From Thermoplasmata archaeon (lineage in GTDB: Archaea > Thermoplasmatota > Thermoplasmata > Lutacidiplasmatales > UBA184), in the NCBI GenBank assembly GCA_049675585.1, contig JBAUAJ010000102.1:109-64108 (forward strand): a stretch of 64,000 nt of DNA, written 5' to 3'. The position numbers and the translations under genes are program-made. Below the pieces are notes generated by a model, which saw only the letters and a list, made by a program, of their open reading frames with translations, did not search any database and was not told where the DNA came from. Shown in pieces: positions 18,654 through 26,490 of the stretch. Each line of letters begins with the position of its first letter. Position 1 is the first letter of the stretch.

Positions 18654-19335
18654 GCTCCACGACCAGCCGCTCGCCGGCAGGATCAAGGTGGGAGGCCTGC
18701 TCTACGGCGATTTCTTGACGACCCAGTATGAACCGACGCACTACTTCGTTACATTGAACGAGCTCGTAATTCAGGATGAGTTCGCGAGCGCGGTCGTATC
18801 CGCTACCCATGACCCTCGCGTATCTGAGCATTCTGTGGGTTTTAGTGGAATGAAGGGCGTTGGCCCGCTGGAAGCATGCGACGTCGTGCTGGGCTTGGCT
18901 TGGGCCCCCGAGACGATTCTACTCGGCAACAAACTCGCAACGTCTCTCGGCAAGAAGTTCGGTTTTGTTGAGTATGCTCGCCCCCGGTACGCCGCGGCAA
19001 GGTTTCGAGCAGATGACGTCCGCTGTTGCCGCCTGAAAGCCGACGAGAGGGTTGTTGTCATTGACGACGTCTGTGTCACCGGGGACGGACTCGCTCAAGC
19101 TTGCGGAGTAGTTCGGGACTACGGGGCGACTCCCTATGGGTTGGTTGTCGTGGCTCGTGGATCGGCAGAAACAATTCAGGGTCCGATGGCGGGAAACGAC
19201 GTCCTCGTCCTCGTAAGCCCTGAAGATATCGGGACCCCCACCGGACCGACCTACGTACCGCTCGACATCGCGAAGATCGAGGCGCAGCGGGGAGGCCCGA
19301 GAGCCCCAGCTGCACGTCAGCCTCCAAGCAGCTAG
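18643..19335 (+). CDS. Orotate-phosphoribosyltransferase-like type I PRTase
   Basis: N-terminal GGLLYGDFLTTQYEPTHYFVTLNEL (compare the OPRT pattern FGEFxLxSGxxSPxYxD). Intact PRPP loop ERVVVIDDVCVTGDG (D141-D142, nt 19063-19068). The ATG overlaps the upstream stop by 11 nt. Confidence 0.75.
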   Translation: MLLELHDQPLAGRIKVGGLLYGDFLTTQYEPTHYFVTLNELVIQDEFASAVVSATHDPRVSEHSVGFSGMKGVGPLEACDVVLGLAWAPETILLGNKLATSLGKKFGFVEYARPRYAAARFRADDVRCCRLKADERVVVIDDVCVTGDGLAQACGVVRDYGATPYGLVVVARGSAETIQGPMAGNDVLVLVSPEDIGTPTGPTYVPLDIAKIEAQRGGPRAPAARQPPSS

Positions 19336-19370
19336 CGACTGTCGACCCGGTTGTCTGAGGGTGTGAAAGA

Positions 19371-20378
19371 GTGCCGGAGAATCTCCCGAGGTTCGCATTC
19401 TACTACCCGGGCCCAATTTGGGCGGATGCGGGCTGGATCAAGAATCTCATTCTCTACTTCGATGGAGTGGCCCTGCTCGTTCCCAGCTACTTGCGGACCA
19501 AGCCGTTCGATGTTGGTGGGACCACCGCGGCTGAGCTGCAGCAGGCTGGTTTGCTCAAAATACTCGAACCTGAGTCGTTCATCGACAAGAAATCCGTAAA
19601 GGAGCTCAGTCAGTCCCTATCGGCGATCCTCGAATCCGGTAAGCTCGATAAGCTGTCTACGGAGCATACGGTATTCGCTGAGCTATCATATTCACGTCTG
19701 GGCAGTGCCGCCGACGAGCGGCTCGCCGAGGAAGTCTATCGCGAGCTATCGAAGCGGGGGCTTGCAAAGGAAAGCGAGGACGGCGTGTCGATCCCAATGC
19801 ACCCATCGGTTAGGGCACTTATTCTCGTTCTTTGGTCACAAATCCTTCGACCGATCGGAAGGAAGCACGGCCTGGACCTGCAACCCGCGACTGACAGACC
19901 ACAAATGAACCAGGCCCTGGAGGAACTCCTTGGCCTCCGAGCCGTCCCTTCGCCCAGTGACGTAATCTCCTGCGATACCATTTCGGCCGGCGTCGACTTG
20001 GCTAACGCCCCCATTTCCAAGGTCCTAGCGTTTCGCGAGAAACATCACGAAGAATTCGGGGAGTACGCGCGGGACCTACATCGGTTCGTCCACGACATGA
20101 GCTGCCTCGCGACCGAACCGCGAGCTGAGGCATTTGCTGACAGACAGGAAGAGATCAAGGAGGCAGCGGGAAAACTCAGATCGATGTCTCGACGAGCGTG
20201 GGCAGGACGCGCTGCGTTCGGTCTGGGGATTCTTGGGGCAGCATGGAACATCAAACGAGGGGATGTCATTGGCGGCGCTCTCTCGGCCGGTGCGGGCCTC
20301 ACGGGCGCGGCGGCAACGAGACCGTCCGAAGCCTCCGCGTACTCCTACCTTTTCAGAGCTTCGAAAAGCCTCAACTGA
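19371..20378 (+). CDS. Hypothetical protein with a C-terminal glycine-zipper-like hydrophobic segment
   Basis: GTG start with GAGGGTG upstream. The C-terminus reads AAFGLGILGAAWNIKRGDVIGGALSAGAGLTGAAA. A T5 tract at 20506-20510 follows and may be a terminator. Confidence 0.6.
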   Translation: MPENLPRFAFYYPGPIWADAGWIKNLILYFDGVALLVPSYLRTKPFDVGGTTAAELQQAGLLKILEPESFIDKKSVKELSQSLSAILESGKLDKLSTEHTVFAELSYSRLGSAADERLAEEVYRELSKRGLAKESEDGVSIPMHPSVRALILVLWSQILRPIGRKHGLDLQPATDRPQMNQALEELLGLRAVPSPSDVISCDTISAGVDLANAPISKVLAFREKHHEEFGEYARDLHRFVHDMSCLATEPRAEAFADRQEEIKEAAGKLRSMSRRAWAGRAAFGLGILGAAWNIKRGDVIGGALSAGAGLTGAAATRPSEASAYSYLFRASKSLN

Positions 20379-20537
20379 CCTGCCAATCTCGAGCGCGGTG
20401 GCCGGTAGTGGTTCGAAGGACGTCCCCTGACGCAGGGTGTCGTTCCAGCGGGGAGGGTCGTTAGGCATCGGGAGGCCGACTCTCGCAGCGAACCCCCGGC
20501 GCTCCTTTTTGAATCGCGCGACCCTCCGGCGCCATGT

Positions 20538-21968
20538 ATGAATACCGGCGAGACGTTTGACCAATTCCGATCCGCCATCGAACGGTGTCGAGGGCTTTGG
20601 AGGTCCATCGAGGTCAGCTCCCTCGCCGCCAAGAGGGGGGGGACGCTCTACAACTCGATCACGGCCGTGCGACTTCGCCCCGAGCTCCCCGAGGAAATCC
20701 CGAAGCTCCAATCCATCGAGGTGGAGCGGCTCCTCGCCGGCCGGGTAATCTACCCCATCGCCAAGCTGGAGGAAACCCTGAGGTCAATCCAGTCGGACCA
20801 AATCCCGTTCGGCACGGTGACGCTTTCCCTGGAGAATCCACCCGACCCACCCGCTAACCAGGAATCGTTCCCCACGGGCATGTACAACTGGTACTTTCGG
20901 GACCTAGATGCTCCCCAAGGTAACTGCTGGCGAGCCACCAGCCCGCCGTCGCGCAGCTTCGAGCTCCACGGCAATAGTCAGTCCCCCATGCGCAGGTTTT
21001 GGTCCAACTCGGAATGGAAGTTCCTCGAGGACAGTCTCGCCTTCAACGACCCTCCCGCCGCGGACCTGGCGGACCTGGCCCAGCACGTCGTGCGTTGGGA
21101 CTGCGGGTTCGACAACTGGAACACCCAGCCGAACGTCGCGATCATCGCCCCGCTCTACTCGGCATTCGGTCCCGAAGTGATAGCATCCAAGACGAGCGTG
21201 ACGGTCCGGGCATCCGGTCCGAGCAGCGCGTCCATCGACGACTTCTCCATCGCTTCGGTTGTCCGGGGCCAGGAATCAATCGAGCGGACCCTTCACCGAT
21301 CGGGCAATCTCCAAGTCTCCACCTCAACACCGAGGCTGGAGTTCGGCGTCGAGATTCCCGCCGCCGACGGCCTGTGGCTCGATGCGAGCCTCCTTTTCCG
21401 AGGATTGAAGGCCGGTAGGATCACTATCCCGATCTCGTCGGAGAACCCTCGGATCCTTGCTCACGCTCACTTCGACCACGAGTGGGGCCTGATCAACGAC
21501 GCACTCGGACAAGGACAGAAGCAGCCGGATGCCCGAAAATTCGAGGTCGGGGTCGGTTGGCTCTTCCACCTCCTTGGGTTCCAGGTCGCCAACTACGGAT
21601 TGAAAGAGCTCAAACCCGACGAAGAGGTGGACATCCTTGCGTCCGTTCCATTCAGGCCCAAGGTCCTGGCCTTGGAGGTTACCACCCGGAGCCCGATGAA
21701 CCGGGACAAACTAGTCAAACTCCGGAAGCGCGTCGACGACCTGGCCCCGGTTCTCCAAGGGGTCGAGGTGCTTGGGGCCTTCGTGTCGGCCCACCCCTCT
21801 CCGTTCGATATCGAGGTGACCGATGCTCATTCCCTCGGATTGGGAGCCATATACGGGCAGGACCTCGACCGGCTCCTAGGAGATGCCATCGCTAACCGGA
21901 CTGCGGAGGAGTTCTTCGAGCAGTTGAAGCGCAAGCTTCAGGATCCTAACTCCCAGGGCGTGGGCTGA
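20538..21968 (+). CDS. Hypothetical protein with a C-terminal PD-(D/E)xK (Mrr-like) nuclease-fold region
   Basis: aa ~335-383: FEVGVGWLFHLLGFQVANYGLKELKPDEEVDILASVPFRPKVLALEVTT follows the Mrr-type E...D...ExK layout, but Thr sits at the canonical Lys position. Confidence 0.6.
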   Translation: MNTGETFDQFRSAIERCRGLWRSIEVSSLAAKRGGTLYNSITAVRLRPELPEEIPKLQSIEVERLLAGRVIYPIAKLEETLRSIQSDQIPFGTVTLSLENPPDPPANQESFPTGMYNWYFRDLDAPQGNCWRATSPPSRSFELHGNSQSPMRRFWSNSEWKFLEDSLAFNDPPAADLADLAQHVVRWDCGFDNWNTQPNVAIIAPLYSAFGPEVIASKTSVTVRASGPSSASIDDFSIASVVRGQESIERTLHRSGNLQVSTSTPRLEFGVEIPAADGLWLDASLLFRGLKAGRITIPISSENPRILAHAHFDHEWGLINDALGQGQKQPDARKFEVGVGWLFHLLGFQVANYGLKELKPDEEVDILASVPFRPKVLALEVTTRSPMNRDKLVKLRKRVDDLAPVLQGVEVLGAFVSAHPSPFDIEVTDAHSLGLGAIYGQDLDRLLGDAIANRTAEEFFEQLKRKLQDPNSQGVG

Positions 21969-22310
21969 TCGGGAAAGCTAGCAGGGATCGCCACGTTGTC
22001 ATCAAGTCTGGATCGAACGCAGCGATCAGAGAAACCGCCCGAACAGGGCAGGTCCGCCTCCGCGAAGGCGAATCACCCCCGAAGAAGGGGAACAGGGCCG
22101 GGACGCATGCCAGCCCTTGCGACGCGGACTGAGGGTTTCTCCCGATAGTGTGGGTTGGGAAACCGGGGGTGGAGTTCAATCACGGCGACTTTGGGTCAGG
22201 CGGGAGAGTTGCGGGATCCCCGGCTCTTCCTGGACCCCAGAGCACCGTCCTCTCCCCGGACCACCGCCCAACCGAAGGCTTGAACTGCCCGACGAGTGTG
22301 ACGCGTTCGG

Positions 22311-22739
22311 ATGGAACGGAAGGGCCGGCTGATGCTCCTTGCGCTGGTCGTCTGCGTCGTGGCAGCGACGGCCATCGTGATGGCGGTACTGTTCACGGTT
22401 CCTCTGGGATCAAAGTCGTTCTCGGGCCAGGTTTCGTCGGCAGGCCCAGCGTCGTCTGGGGCTTGCGGGTCTTCTTGCTACTTCGGGTATGTGACGGAGA
22501 ACCTTCCCAGCGGGGTGACCGTTTCCGTCTCCTGGCAGGACACCAGCGGTACGTTCGTTTACTTCGATGTCTTCTCAGAGTCCAATCCGACCGGTGCTGG
22601 GTGCGTTCAATCCGGGACGTCTGGCTCGTGCTCGTTCGCCTCCAATGGAGGCACCTACACCTTCGCACTGAGCGACGAGGCATCTTCGGGAACTACTATC
22701 GTCACGTTCTCCGTGTCGTACCCCGTACCGTACCTTTAG
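22311..22739 (+). CDS. Small secreted or membrane-anchored Ser/Gly/Thr-rich protein
   Basis: N-terminal signal anchor LMLLALVVCVVAATAIVMAVLF, followed by a beta-rich S/T/G sequence with four Cys. Confidence 0.5.
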   Translation: MERKGRLMLLALVVCVVAATAIVMAVLFTVPLGSKSFSGQVSSAGPASSGACGSSCYFGYVTENLPSGVTVSVSWQDTSGTFVYFDVFSESNPTGAGCVQSGTSGSCSFASNGGTYTFALSDEASSGTTIVTFSVSYPVPYL

Positions 22740-22893
22740 TGATTTGCGGGTGCAGCCCGTCGCCCGCGCGCCCCCGTCTCGGTGAGCGGGGTTGCCCAAT
22801 AGGGCGATCGGATGGGGCTCGGTTTTACTCACATACGCATCGCAGCCGCCGAAGGTTCGAATGTGACCGGACGTTTTCACGTCGCTCGCGAGA

Positions 22894-23514
22894 TCATCCG
22901 GGAGCTGGCAGAGCTCTGACGGACCTCGTTGGTGGTTCCCGCCTGAGAACGGAGCGAACACCCCCGAGCTTGATGTTCATGCGCTGTGAGATCATCCGTA
23001 GGCTCTCGCCCTGGGCCTTCCGCTCCCGCACCTCACTCGCCACCGACTCGGAGATCCTCCTCGGGGCGCCGAACTTCTTGCCCAGCGCACGTGCCCGGGC
23101 GATGCCCGCCTGGGTCCGCTCCAGGATGAGCTCCCGTTCGAACTCTGCGAGAGCGGCCAGCATATTGCGTTGGAGTCGACCCGTCGGCGTTGACGTGTCG
23201 ATCCCCTGATCGATGACGATCACGCGGGCTCCCGCCGCGTCGGCGTCGTCCCAAAACCTGAGAATCATCCCGAGAGACCTGCCGAGTCGGTCCATCTTCG
23301 AAACGACCACCGCATGGAACTCGCCGGCCATCATCCGCTGCCGGAGTTGATCAAGCTCGGGCCGGTTGTCTCGTACCCCGGAGATCCCGTCATCCCTGAA
23401 GATTGCGACATCGGTCCATCCTCGAGCTTGGCAGTACGCCGTCAACTGGGCGACCTGGGCCTCGGTCGATTGCTCCTTGGTCGAGACCCGGGCGTAGATT
23501 GCCACCCGGGTCAT
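22894..23514 (-). CDS. Small serine recombinase (resolvase/invertase type)
   Basis: MTRVAIYARVSTKEQ catalytic-Ser motif, VVVSKMDRLGRS, and a C-terminal HTH. The ATG overlaps the methyltransferase stop (ATGA at 23511-23514). Confidence 0.9.
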   Translation of the reverse strand: MTRVAIYARVSTKEQSTEAQVAQLTAYCQARGWTDVAIFRDDGISGVRDNRPELDQLRQRMMAGEFHAVVVSKMDRLGRSLGMILRFWDDADAAGARVIVIDQGIDTSTPTGRLQRNMLAALAEFERELILERTQAGIARARALGKKFGAPRRISESVASEVRERKAQGESLRMISQRMNIKLGGVRSVLRREPPTRSVRALPAPG

Positions 23515-24920
23515 GCGGAAGCCTCTCCTGCCCTCGCGACTCTCGCGGTGGCCGCATCAGCCCGCTCTCGGGCCAGCACTGCGTACTCGGGGTTGAGATC
23601 GACGCCAATCGAGCGTCGGCCCAGCCGACGCGCCACGGCCAGCACCGTCCCGCTGCCCACGAACGGGTCGAGGACGAGGCAGGGGGCAGTTTCCCGGGTC
23701 GCGCATGCGCAGGCTCTCCGGAAGCCGAGGTCGACCCTACGGTAGGTCCCGTCGTGGATGCCACGGACCGCGATCCCCTGACCACGACCGACAGCGAGCG
23801 ACTTATCCGGGAACCAATCGTGGCCAATCCCTCCGCCCCGCGCGACGACCTTGTGGAACCAGGGAGTTCCGCACGTCGCGCACGCGCCACGCTCCGAGGT
23901 CCCGGCCCGAATGCAGACCTCCGCGAGCGCCTCCGGGAACGTCGCGAAGTGGGCACCCGGGTAGGGCTGCGTGGCGATCTGCCAGACTGACCGAAGGTTA
24001 CGCCCCTTCGGGTCGGTATTCGTCAGCATCGGAAACCGACGAAAGTCGCCCGTCTGGTGCTTGGACGTATAGCGGGGGTTGTCCCGCGGGTTCGGGACGT
24101 GGTGACGGAGCCGGCGCAGCGAACTCTCGTGCAGCGGCTCGCGCACCGCCTGGGCGTCGTAGAAGTACCGTCTCGATTTCGTCAGCTGGAAGACGTATTC
24201 GTGCGACCGGGTCGGCCGGTCGCGCACCGGCTCCGGCATCGGGTTCCGCTTCGCCCAGACGATGTCGGAGCGGAGGTACCAGCCGCGGCGCTGGAGCTCG
24301 AAGGCGACCTTCCACGGGATTCCGACCAGGTCCTTCTCCTTCAGCCCGGGCGACCGCTTGTCGATTGAGCCGGCTTGCTCGGCCCCGGTGTGGTCCCGGA
24401 TCCTGAGCCGGGAGCACTTCCAGCGTCTTGGCCCCGTCAGTCCTGCCGGGTGAGTGCAGTACGTGTCCCCCAGGTTCAACCAGAGGGAACCATCGGCGCG
24501 GAGGACCCGCCAGACCTCGTCGAGGACGTCCGCGAGGTGGTCGACGTAGAGATCGGGTGTGGGCTCGAGACCAAGCTCACCTCGCCAGGCACCGCAGTCC
24601 GTGCAGGACTCCGAGAGGCGAGGCGAGCGTGTGGCCGAGGCCCGGTTCAGTGTCTCGGCGACCATCGGGTGGGTGGTCTGGCCGTTTCCCGAGGGGACGA
24701 GGACGGTCGACCACCGATGGAGGCACTCAACGCTGCCACCCCAGACCTGAGGCTCGGTTCCGTAGGTTCGAAGCCCCCAGTAGGGTGGTGACGTGACGAC
24801 GCAGTGGACCGACTCGGCGAGCAGGGTGCGGAGGACGTCGATGACGTGCCCCTGTCGAATGGTGGGCCGGAGACTCTTCAGGACCGCGGTCAGGGTACCG
24901 CCCCCTGCCAGCGCTGCCAT
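23511..24920 (-). CDS. Beta-class DNA methyltransferase (N4-cytosine or N6-adenine, SPPY type)
   Basis: Motif IV VVTSPPYWG precedes motif I VLDPFVGSGTVLAVARRLGRRSIGVDLNPEY. No restriction endonuclease is recognisable nearby. Confidence 0.85.
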   Translation of the reverse strand: MAALAGGGTLTAVLKSLRPTIRQGHVIDVLRTLLAESVHCVVTSPPYWGLRTYGTEPQVWGGSVECLHRWSTVLVPSGNGQTTHPMVAETLNRASATRSPRLSESCTDCGAWRGELGLEPTPDLYVDHLADVLDEVWRVLRADGSLWLNLGDTYCTHPAGLTGPRRWKCSRLRIRDHTGAEQAGSIDKRSPGLKEKDLVGIPWKVAFELQRRGWYLRSDIVWAKRNPMPEPVRDRPTRSHEYVFQLTKSRRYFYDAQAVREPLHESSLRRLRHHVPNPRDNPRYTSKHQTGDFRRFPMLTNTDPKGRNLRSVWQIATQPYPGAHFATFPEALAEVCIRAGTSERGACATCGTPWFHKVVARGGGIGHDWFPDKSLAVGRGQGIAVRGIHDGTYRRVDLGFRRACACATRETAPCLVLDPFVGSGTVLAVARRLGRRSIGVDLNPEYAVLARERADAATARVARAGEASA

Positions 24921-25168
24921 CGGGCCGCGTTGACCTCGCCCCGAGTGCGTGCCTGACGCCCTTCGACCGATCGGACGAGGGCGAGGGTAAGCGTCCGGCG
25001 CGCCGCTGTCTCCACCGCGATTTGTTCAACCTCGCGGCGGACCTTCCACCCCGGTTCCGCATGGGTCCGGACCACCTGAAGGGTTCGGAGGTAGGCGCTG
25101 TGAACAGTGAGCAGGAGGTTCTCCAGCTCGCGACGGGAGAGGTCGGAGAGGTTCAGGTAAGTGGGCAT
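24890..25168 (-). CDS. Hypothetical small protein in the recombinase/methyltransferase operon
   Basis: It lies between the RHH gene and the methyltransferase on the same strand, with shared boundary nucleotides. No domain recognised. Confidence 0.4.
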   Translation of the reverse strand: MPTYLNLSDLSRRELENLLLTVHSAYLRTLQVVRTHAEPGWKVRREVEQIAVETAARRTLTLALVRSVEGRQARTRGEVNAARWQRWQGAVP

Positions 25169-25722
25169 CAGGCCGTTCCCTCTTCGGTCCTGTAGTCCCC
25201 GCGGAGGGCAAGGATCAAGCCGAGTACATCTTCGGGACTGGAACCCCGGAGCGGCGGGGCGCCCGCGATCCGCGCCTTCAACCAGTTCAGGTTGTGACCC
25301 TTCCCGAACTGCTCCGGGCCGTCCCTCCCGTTGGCGTAGAACGCGTCTGCGACGGCCCTCAGCGCGTTGAGCCGGGCCTGCTCGGTCGCCCGGGCCGCCT
25401 CCTCGAGGCGTTGGGTCTCGAGCAGATGGTCTCTCGCCGCCTCCAGGATACGGACGTGTTCTTGGTGCGACCGCAGTTCGGCTTCGATCTTGGTGAGGTC
25501 AGAACCACCGCGGAGTCGGTCGAGGGCCTCTCGCAGGACCCGACTGAGGACCACGTCGGTCTCGCGCGCCCAACGCAGGAGAGTTACTGGAATGGTAACG
25601 GAGACGACAACGGTCTCCCCAACCTTCTCCCAGCGGCGCTCCGGCCCGTGGGCGACTGTCGCAGAAAGGGTCCTGGGAGACCCGGGGTCAACCCGGGTTG
25701 GAAGGGTCGAACTGATTGCCAT
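25168..25722 (-). CDS. Ribbon-helix-helix (CopG-like) domain protein with a coiled-coil tail
   Basis: VVVSVTIPVTLLRWARETDVVLSRVLREALDRL is an RHH pattern. The start is uncertain because the first codons overlap palindrome copy 1. Confidence 0.55.
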   Translation of the reverse strand: MAISSTLPTRVDPGSPRTLSATVAHGPERRWEKVGETVVVSVTIPVTLLRWARETDVVLSRVLREALDRLRGGSDLTKIEAELRSHQEHVRILEAARDHLLETQRLEEAARATEQARLNALRAVADAFYANGRDGPEQFGKGHNLNWLKARIAGAPPLRGSSPEDVLGLILALRGDYRTEEGTA

Positions 25723-25790
25723 TCAGACCCCTCTCTCGGCGTGAACCCGGGTTGGAACCCGGGTTCGGGGACACAGAATCAACCCGGGTT
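25690..25790. repeat. Four copies of the 10-bp palindrome AACCCGGGTT (putative operator or recombination site cluster)
   Basis: Exact copies at 25690-25699, 25744-25753, 25756-25765 and 25781-25790, mostly in the context CAACCCGGGTTGG, at the 5' end of the RHH gene. Confidence 0.9.
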
Positions 25791-26382
25791 GGGGACGGTT
25801 GCCAGCGCCACTCTGACGGAGCGGAGGCTTCACGACCGGGGCGGACGGGGCGGGGATAGGCGGACGGGAGGGGCGTACGACCGGGCCGGACCCGGGACGG
25901 GACGGAACGGGTCGGAGTGCGGGAGCGGTACGGCGTGGGACGGAGAACGGATGCACGTGGCAGAGTGGAGGCGAACGGTACCCGGGACGGAGCTCGATGA
26001 TCCCCTGGGTGAGTCCGCAGACCTCGCAGAACGAGATCCGGAGGGTCGGGTTCCTTCGGATCGGGCTGCGGCACCGGGCGCAGATGAACCGCGGCTCGCA
26101 CCCGGCTTCTGGCTTGGGGGTGACGGTCGGGTTAGCGGACCCGGCCACTCCCCCTGAACAACCAGATGTCCGCCTCCGAGCCGGCCTCGTGGGTGGCGAG
26201 GAGCGGAAAAAGAGGGTGGAATGGGTTGGTCTGGGGCGTTCAGCTACTTGTTCGGAGGTGGGGAGAGGTTGCCGAACGAGTTGCAGAGCGTAGAGCCCGT
26301 TGAGCCGGTCCAGGTCCCTGTGGTCGCCCAAACACGCCGCCGGGGCGATGAGATGGCCAAAACGGGCAGAATCCCTGTCGGA

Positions 26383-26455
26383 TGGGCTCGGCCGGATTTG
26401 AACCGGCGATCTTCGCTGTGTGAGAGCGACGTCGTAACCGCTGGACCACGAGCCC
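26383..26455 (-). tRNA. tRNA-Val (anticodon CAC)
   Basis: Manual fold: acceptor GGGCUCG/CGAGCCC, anticodon stem UCGCU/AGCGA, loop CUCACAC, T arm GCCGG-UUCAAAU-CCGGC, discriminator A. No encoded CCA. Confidence 0.9.
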
Positions 26456-26490
26456 GACGGAAGGGGCGAACGGCCCACGCGCATAAGGGT

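Noticed and set aside
25990-26110. Minus-strand peptide EPRFICARCRSPIRRNPTLRISFCEVCG (CxxC...CxxC zinc-ribbon pattern) between the palindromes and tRNA-Val
   Set aside because: There is no nearby ATG/GTG/TTG start giving a sensible short protein. The frame continues into Pro/Arg-rich low complexity.
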